Origin: Reclinomonas americana ATCC 50394 | Lineage: Eukaryota | DNA: 64,000 bases | NCBI GenBank assembly: GCA_048213135.1 | Contig: PS015010.1 | Location: 558,001-622,000 of the forward strand | Direction: 5' to 3' | Shown here: positions 58,014 through 64,000 of the stretch, one piece after another | How the letters are laid out: each line of letters begins with the position of its first letter | Position numbering within the stretch: position 1 is the stretch's first letter | Translations under genes and position numbers: made by a program | The notes under the pieces: model-generated | Told to the model about the DNA's origin: nothing | Database searches by the model: none | What the model saw: only the letters and a program-made list of their open reading frames with translations

Positions 58014-58805
58014 TTGGAGAAACTTGTTATCATACCTACTTACAATGAAAAGGAGAATATCCGTGCCATCATTGACACTGTCTTTGGTTTACAGCAGGGG
58101 TATCATGTCCTGATCATTGATGATGGCTCTCCCGATGGTACCGCTGCTATCGTTCAATCCCTTTTTGAAACTTATCCCGGTCAGCTTTTCCTGGAACAGC
58201 GTGTTGGCAAACTCGGATTGGGTACCGCCTATATTCATGGCTTCAAATGGGCCATTGAAAAAGGCTACCGCTTCATATTTGAAATGGATGCCGACTTCTC
58301 TCACAACCCCAACGACCTCGAAAGATTGTATACTGCCTGCAAACAGGGAGCAGCTGTAGCTGTTGGTTCACGTTACGTAAAGAACGGGGCGGTTGAGAAC
58401 TGGCCTGCCAACCGTATTGCTTTATCAAAAGGCGCTTCACTCTATACCCGCCTCATTACCTGGATGCCCATAAAAGATCCGACTGCCGGTTTTGTTTGTT
58501 ACCGCAGGGAGGTACTGGAAACCATTAATTTCGATAGCATCAGTTTTGTAGGATACGCCTTCCAGATCGAAATGAAATTCGCCGCCTGGAAACTGGGCTT
58601 TAAGATCGTGGAAGTGCCCATCACCTTTATTGACCGTAAACTCGGCGCCAGCAAAATGAATAAAGGGATTGTTAAGGAAGGCATACTCGGTGTATTGCAA
58701 CTCCGCTGGCAAAGCCTGTTCAAGAACTACCGTAAAAAACTCACCAATACGGATTATCCCTCCAATGTTAGTTTTCAGCAACCCGATGTGCTGACGAGCA
58801 ACTAG
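58014..58805 (+). CDS. Polyprenol monophosphomannose synthase (GT2)
   Basis: IIPTYNEKEN, DDGSPDGT, GLGTAY, MDADFSH, GYAFQIE. Confidence 0.92.
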   Translation: MEKLVIIPTYNEKENIRAIIDTVFGLQQGYHVLIIDDGSPDGTAAIVQSLFETYPGQLFLEQRVGKLGLGTAYIHGFKWAIEKGYRFIFEMDADFSHNPNDLERLYTACKQGAAVAVGSRYVKNGAVENWPANRIALSKGASLYTRLITWMPIKDPTAGFVCYRREVLETINFDSISFVGYAFQIEMKFAAWKLGFKIVEVPITFIDRKLGASKMNKGIVKEGILGVLQLRWQSLFKNYRKKLTNTDYPSNVSFQQPDVLTSN

Positions 58806-58808
58806 TCT

Positions 58809-59005
58809 AATTCTAATTACGAATTACCAATTACGAATTTATCCTGAGCGAAGCGAAGGACTCCTGCATTTTCAAATCTCCAAACCTCCAAATCTCCAAA
58901 TCATCACATCCACTCATTCGCACATCTGCACATCCGCATATCCTCCATCTGCACATTTTCAAATCTCCAAATCATCACATCTGCACATCCCGCACATTCC
59001 CGCAT
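58809..59005 (+). repeat. Composite repeat copy C: (AATTACG)n - ATCCTGAGCGAAGCGAAGGA - long octamer array
   Basis: Direct reading; same order as copies A and B. Confidence 0.85.
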
Positions 59006-59065
59006 TAACGTTTCATTAATGTGTAAATTTTATTAGCCCTGCATCCGTATAACAAATCAATTGTT

Positions 59066-61018
59066 ATGCAAAAAAAGATCATGCTCGCCATGGCCGGTAT
59101 ATTGTTTTTGCTGGCCTTCATAGCTCCGCGGAATTTCGTTATTTCAGGAAAAGTAACCGACACACAAGGGAACCCCGTTCCTTTCGCCACTGTAAAAGTC
59201 AAAGGCAGCCGTACAGCCGTTTCTGCCGATGCCAGTGGTAATTTCAGCATACTCGTACAGGGAGAAAGCGCTGTACTGGAAATAAGTGGTACGGGCTTTT
59301 CGATGGTGACTGCGGCCGTTACGTCAAAACAAAAAAGTATCACTGTGGTACTGAACCCGTCTGCGGTTAATGACCTTAAAGAAGTGGTGGTAACCGGGGC
59401 CTACAACGTTAAAAGAATTATGCGAAGTGTAACTGTCAACCAGCAAACGGTTTCCGGTTATTATCTCGCAGGGAAAGTACCCGGCGTACAAGTGAGAACA
59501 CCCAACGGAATGCCCGGCAAGCCTAAAGACGAGTACAACAGGGAAGGATATGACTATATCGCTGAAAATACTTTCCTTAAAACAAAAGACAATCCCTTAT
59601 CTACTTTCTCCATTGATGTTGACGCGGCATCTTACAGTAATGTACGCCGTATGCTGAACGATGGACAGCTTCCTCCTGCAGGCGCTGTACGCATTGAAGA
59701 AATGATCAATTATTTTTCTTACCAGTATCCCCAGCCCGCGGCGGATAAACCTTTTTCAGTAAATACCGAGATCAGCGATTGCCCCTGGAACCCCCGTCAC
59801 AGGCTCGCCCTCGTTGGTTTGCAGGGTAAAAAAATACCGGTTGAACAGTTGCCGCCCGCCAATCTTGTTTTTCTTATTGATGTTTCCGGTTCCATGCAAG
59901 GGCCCGACAGGCTTGACCTGGTAAAGGCGTCCATGAAATTACTGGCCGACCAGTTACGGGAACAGGATAAAGTATCTATATGTGTATATGCCGGCAGCGC
60001 GGGGCTGGTATTGCCGCCCACCAATGGTTTGCAGAAACAGAAAATTAAAGAGGCCCTCAACACCCTGGAAGCCGGTGGTTCCACTGCCGGTGGTGCCGGT
60101 ATCCAGCTTGCTTATAATACGGCACGTGCCAATTTTGTAAAAGGCGGTAATAACCGGGTGATCCTTTGCACCGATGGCGATTTTAACGTGGGTATGAGCA
60201 GTGACGATGCATTGGAAAGACTGATAGAGGAAGAAAGAAAATCCGGTGTATTCCTTACCGTGCTGGGCTATGGCATGGGTAATTACCAGGATGCCAAAAT
60301 GCAGAAACTCGCCGATAAGGGCAATGGCAATCATGCCTATATCGACCAGCTGAATGAAGCCAAAAAAGTACTGGTGAGTGAGTTTGGCGGCACCCTCTTT
60401 ACCATTGCCAAAGATGTTAAGCTGCAGGTGGAATTCAATCCCGCCATTGTGCAGGGTTACCGGCTCATTGGTTATGAAAACCGCATGCTGAATAAAGAAG
60501 ATTTCAATGACGATAAAAAAGACGCGGGAGAAATGGGCAGCGGCCATACCGTTACCACCCTGTACGAGATCATTCCCGTGGGCGAGCAATCCGAATTCCT
60601 GCGTAAAGTGGATACCCTCAAATACCAGTCGGACCCCTCTTTCAATAAATCAGCTTTCAACGCTGAAATGATGACGGTGAAATTCCGTTACAAACAACCC
60701 GACGGCGATGTGAGCCAACTGATGGAAGTACCGGTAATGGATAAACAGACCGCTTTGCAGGCCACATCCGATAACTTCCGCTTTGCAGCTGCTGTAGCCC
60801 AAATGGGATTGCTGCTGAGGAATTCCTCCTTTAAACAGCAGGCCAGCTATACCAGCGTACTCAGCCTCGCCAATGGCGCCATCGGAACGGATAAAGAAGG
60901 CTACCGCAAAGAATTTGTGCAGCTGACCCAGTCGGCAATGACCATTGCGAAAAAGACACCGCCTGCAAAATCATCCGAAGCAAAAAGTGAAGGGGAGGAT
61001 GTTTCAAAAAACCGCTAG
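59066..61018 (+). CDS. YfbK-like vWA domain protein with N-terminal carboxypeptidase-regulatory-like domain
   Basis: PLSTFSIDVDAASY, DVSGSM MIDAS, TDGDFNVG, IAKDVKLQVEFNP. Confidence 0.92.
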   Translation: MQKKIMLAMAGILFLLAFIAPRNFVISGKVTDTQGNPVPFATVKVKGSRTAVSADASGNFSILVQGESAVLEISGTGFSMVTAAVTSKQKSITVVLNPSAVNDLKEVVVTGAYNVKRIMRSVTVNQQTVSGYYLAGKVPGVQVRTPNGMPGKPKDEYNREGYDYIAENTFLKTKDNPLSTFSIDVDAASYSNVRRMLNDGQLPPAGAVRIEEMINYFSYQYPQPAADKPFSVNTEISDCPWNPRHRLALVGLQGKKIPVEQLPPANLVFLIDVSGSMQGPDRLDLVKASMKLLADQLREQDKVSICVYAGSAGLVLPPTNGLQKQKIKEALNTLEAGGSTAGGAGIQLAYNTARANFVKGGNNRVILCTDGDFNVGMSSDDALERLIEEERKSGVFLTVLGYGMGNYQDAKMQKLADKGNGNHAYIDQLNEAKKVLVSEFGGTLFTIAKDVKLQVEFNPAIVQGYRLIGYENRMLNKEDFNDDKKDAGEMGSGHTVTTLYEIIPVGEQSEFLRKVDTLKYQSDPSFNKSAFNAEMMTVKFRYKQPDGDVSQLMEVPVMDKQTALQATSDNFRFAAAVAQMGLLLRNSSFKQQASYTSVLSLANGAIGTDKEGYRKEFVQLTQSAMTIAKKTPPAKSSEAKSEGEDVSKNR

Positions 61019-61070
61019 TGGTTTGTGTAATCCTTTCACCCGCAGCATCTCTTTATAAATACTGCTGAAT

Positions 61071-62177
61071 ATGAGACAAATATTGTTTTTCTTATTGGTA
61101 ATGGTATGCGGAACTGCCTTATCGCAGCCCGCAGCCCCGCAAGTTGATATCAGTAAGGCGCTGGCAGGCAAAATGGGTTGTGGTATCGTAACTGCGAAAC
61201 CTTTACCAGCAGCATCGGGCATACAGGTTCGAAACGATACCGGAACAGCAGTAAGGTTAAGATGTGAAGCGGCCATTGCTGTTTCAGGCGGTGTTATCTA
61301 TGTGCTTGACGGCAAAATAATTCCAACTGCGAATGATCTTGATCCGGATGATGTGGAGGACGTAACTGTGTTGCAGGGACCGGAAGCATTTGCGAAGTAT
61401 GGAGAGCAGGCCAAGGGCGGTGCTATATTGATCACTACGAAAAAACAACCATTGGCGCGGATAGTGGCTGCCCTGGGGAAGGGCGAAGGATTATGGGTTA
61501 CACCTTCCTTTCCGTCAGTTTCGCCTGCTGCTCCGTGCCGCACTGTTTTGGGTAACACGAATATTAAACAGGTAAACCCTTATCCTGCCGGGGATAACAA
61601 TCCGCTGTGTATTGTCGATGGCGAACCGTTTGAAATCACTGCTGATACAAACGCCCGTTTTATTGACCCGGCAACAATTGACAGCATCTGGGTATTGAAT
61701 GAGCCGGCAGGAGCTGCTCTGTATGGATCATGTGGCAGCAGAGGTGTAATCATACTCACCACTAAACTAAAGACCCGGATCATCGACACTGTAGTAGTTA
61801 CGGGCACCTATTGCTGGAAGAGGCGCAATGCTTGTCATTGTTGCAGGCTGTTTGTTGAATGCCGTAATGAAACAACCACTGCACGAACGGGTGCGATGCC
61901 GGCGGCTAATACGCAGGCTCTCCCTAAAGCCTACCCCAATCCTGTTCAGAGAGGAAATATCATAAATATTACGTTACCTGCACCATTGCCGGCAAACGCT
62001 GTGGTGCCGTTGTCTGATGCTTCCGGGAAGATCGTAGGCAGGGCAGTAATCAACGGCAATTCACAAAAAAATACGGTTGCTGTACCGGTTGATAAGACCT
62101 GGAGCGCCGGAATATACTATGCCCGTGTACCTGGCAACAAGCAGCAAACGATAACCATTCCATTCCTCGTTCAGTAA
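61071..62177 (+). CDS. T9SS-secreted protein with two SusC-plug-signature repeats
   Basis: YVLDG..VTVL..YG..GAILITTK and CIVDG..IWVL..YG..GVIILTTK; YPNP..AGIYY CTD. Confidence 0.7.
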   Translation: MRQILFFLLVMVCGTALSQPAAPQVDISKALAGKMGCGIVTAKPLPAASGIQVRNDTGTAVRLRCEAAIAVSGGVIYVLDGKIIPTANDLDPDDVEDVTVLQGPEAFAKYGEQAKGGAILITTKKQPLARIVAALGKGEGLWVTPSFPSVSPAAPCRTVLGNTNIKQVNPYPAGDNNPLCIVDGEPFEITADTNARFIDPATIDSIWVLNEPAGAALYGSCGSRGVIILTTKLKTRIIDTVVVTGTYCWKRRNACHCCRLFVECRNETTTARTGAMPAANTQALPKAYPNPVQRGNIINITLPAPLPANAVVPLSDASGKIVGRAVINGNSQKNTVAVPVDKTWSAGIYYARVPGNKQQTITIPFLVQ

Positions 62178-62187
62178 ATATTATCTC

Positions 62188-63588
62188 ATGAACAAAGCAA
62201 TCTCCATTTCCATACCCGAGCCCTGTCATGAAAACTGGGATCAAATGACGCCGAACGAACAGGGCCGGTTCTGCAATGCCTGCGCCAAAACCGTGGTGGA
62301 CTTCAGCGTAATGACAGATACGCAAGTGTTGAACTACCTTATCGATAAACAGCACGAAAAAGTTTGTGGCCGTTTACTGACGGAACAGATGGATACACCC
62401 ATCAGTATTGTAAAACCGGCCAAAAGAAAAGTAAAGTGGTACTGGAATGCGGCGGCGGCCATCGCATTACTGTTCTCCCGGTCAGAGGCGAAGGCGCAGC
62501 AGCCGGTTAAGACGGAAACAGCGCCGGTGAGATTCGATGGTAAAGATCAACTGGTAAGAGGCGAACTGGCGGTGAGAGCAGCGAACCAGGCAAGCGGAGA
62601 GCTAAAAGGTACAGTGGTTGACAAGGAGGGAAATCCCGTTCCTTTTGCTTCAGTTGTGGTAAAAGATGGTCTTACGGGGGTGGCAGCAGATGTTGGAGGG
62701 AATTTCGTCATTAAAGCGGTTACCGGAACAGTACTGCGATTTACCGCTGCCGGATTTGAACAAAAGGAATTTACAGTTGGTACAGAACGCAGTTGCAGGA
62801 TCGTACTGGAAACCAATGTCAGGGCAATGAAAGGCGAAGTTGTCATACGCATGGGTTACGCAGTGGCCAGGCCAGTCCGGAAATTTAAACCGGGTAAGGC
62901 TGTTTTCCTGATCAGGGAAGAGGAAACAGGAAAGGCCATTCCGGGCGCTTCCATCTCTGTTAAGACAGTGGGTACAGGAAGTGAAATTAATGAGAAAACA
63001 TCGGGAAAAGGAAAATATACTATGAAGGATTTTTTCCGTAATAAGCAATACCTGGTTACAATAACTGCGGAAGGTTATGAGGCAAATGAATTGATGATCA
63101 AGGCTGATTATAGTACTGACAAAAACCTGGAGCGGGAAGTACGCCTTAGTAAAACGGGTTCGCCGGCGCGTTGGGCAACCGGTGGACTGAGCGTACAAAC
63201 GATCACCGGGGACCCGGTAACGGTCTGCACGAAAGACACCACGTATTTATCCAAAACCGAAGAACCGCTGAAACCCGGACCAGTTCCGGTATTGGCCGTT
63301 AATGAAAATAGTTTAACAGGGCAACATGCAGTGAGTATATATCCGAATCCTGTATCCCGTGGAAATGCTATGCAGATTGCATGGGTGGTGAAACAAAAGG
63401 GCCCGCACACGATCCTGGTTAACAATAGTGCGGGCCTGCTTGTTTGGCAAAAACAGGAAACGGTTTTGCCGGGTAAATTTCAGACTTCCATTTTATTGGA
63501 TGAGAAGTGGAGCAGTGGTATGTATTATGTAAGGATACTGAATCCTAAGGGTGAACAGATCAGTGAAAATAGTTTCATAGTTCAATAG
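62188..63588 (+). CDS. Cys-rich N-terminal domain + carboxypeptidase-like domains + T9SS CTD protein
   Basis: ISIPEPCHENWDQM..FCNAC..VVDF..CGR, GNPVPFASV, YPNP..SGMYYV. Confidence 0.8.
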   Translation: MNKAISISIPEPCHENWDQMTPNEQGRFCNACAKTVVDFSVMTDTQVLNYLIDKQHEKVCGRLLTEQMDTPISIVKPAKRKVKWYWNAAAAIALLFSRSEAKAQQPVKTETAPVRFDGKDQLVRGELAVRAANQASGELKGTVVDKEGNPVPFASVVVKDGLTGVAADVGGNFVIKAVTGTVLRFTAAGFEQKEFTVGTERSCRIVLETNVRAMKGEVVIRMGYAVARPVRKFKPGKAVFLIREEETGKAIPGASISVKTVGTGSEINEKTSGKGKYTMKDFFRNKQYLVTITAEGYEANELMIKADYSTDKNLEREVRLSKTGSPARWATGGLSVQTITGDPVTVCTKDTTYLSKTEEPLKPGPVPVLAVNENSLTGQHAVSIYPNPVSRGNAMQIAWVVKQKGPHTILVNNSAGLLVWQKQETVLPGKFQTSILLDEKWSSGMYYVRILNPKGEQISENSFIVQ

Positions 63589-63665
63589 TTTATGGTTGTT
63601 TACAATGCCGGTCAAGATAGCTGCCTTATAAGTATAAAAATAAGCAGGAGCATCTGGCCGGTTTT

Positions 63666-64000
63666 TTATTTAGAGAAGGCGGGATGGAATTGCTGCAGGG
63701 TATCGCGTAAATATTCCCTGTCCAGGTGAGTATAGATTTCAGTGGTGGTAATACTTTCATGCCCCAGCATTTCCTGCACTGCCCTGAGGTCGGCGCCGCC
63801 CTCCACCAGGTGCGTGGCAAAGGAATGCCGGAAAGTATGCGGTGATATGCTTTTGGTGATGCCTGCTTTCTGCGCCAGGTCTTTCAGTAACAGGAAGATC
63901 ATGACCCGGCTGAGCTGCGATCCCCTGCGGTTGAGAAAAAGAAAGTCTTCCTGCCCTGGTTTGATGCTCACATGCACCCGTATATTCTCCCGGTAAATAT
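63666..64000 (-). CDS. xerD: Tyrosine recombinase, C-terminal part (runs off window)
   Basis: [40 protein letters not shown]. Confidence 0.9.
   Translation of the reverse strand, partial: IYRENIRVHVSIKPGQEDFLFLNRRGSQLSRVMIFLLLKDLAQKAGITKSISPHTFRHSFATHLVEGGADLRAVQEMLGHESITTTEIYTHLDREYLRDTLQQFHPAFSK

Noticed and set aside
63666-64000. Integrase of the ssrA island or invertase of the 7-9.8 kb segment
   Set aside because: Sequence is typical housekeeping XerD and far from either locus

Overview
Chromosomal window of a Bacteroidota genome, most likely Chitinophagaceae-like (TAnnTTTG promoters, T9SS C-terminal domains, tmRNA tag GNTQYAMAA). 1-25 kb is housekeeping: NUDIX, folC, TonB-like, TauE, yggS, acyl-CoA dehydrogenase, aat-clpS, tRNA-Val, mtaB, GH3, an 8-gene arginine operon without argR, dxr-rseP, a MutS-like ATPase and ssrA. 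Downstream of ssrA is an accessory block: a LamG/T9SS gene bounded by a degenerate copy of the ssrA 3' end, a di-heme/Rieske/porin operon, a Czc-type RND + P1B-ATPase + TonB-receptor metal locus, a quinone reductase/HxlR pair, peptidases, cytochrome c and hemerythrin. 50-56 kb is a sigma54 two-component/stress cluster; the end holds ytxJ, a DnaQ-like exonuclease, a GT2, a vWA protein, two T9SS proteins and part of xerD. The best leads are non-annotated: (1) an Arg-codon leader peptide before the arg operon, (2) two Cys/His-rich uORFs ending in QPP/RPP before metal transporters (candidate metal-sensing arrest peptides), (3) a ~180-bp element in two inverted copies built on a 7-nt register, (4) transcription-polarised 7/8-mer microsatellite elements that invade coding ends, and (5) three +1 frameshifts at A-runs (argH, DUF922, czcA-tolC), probably sequencing errors. 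All product calls are from motif recognition only; no searches were run.
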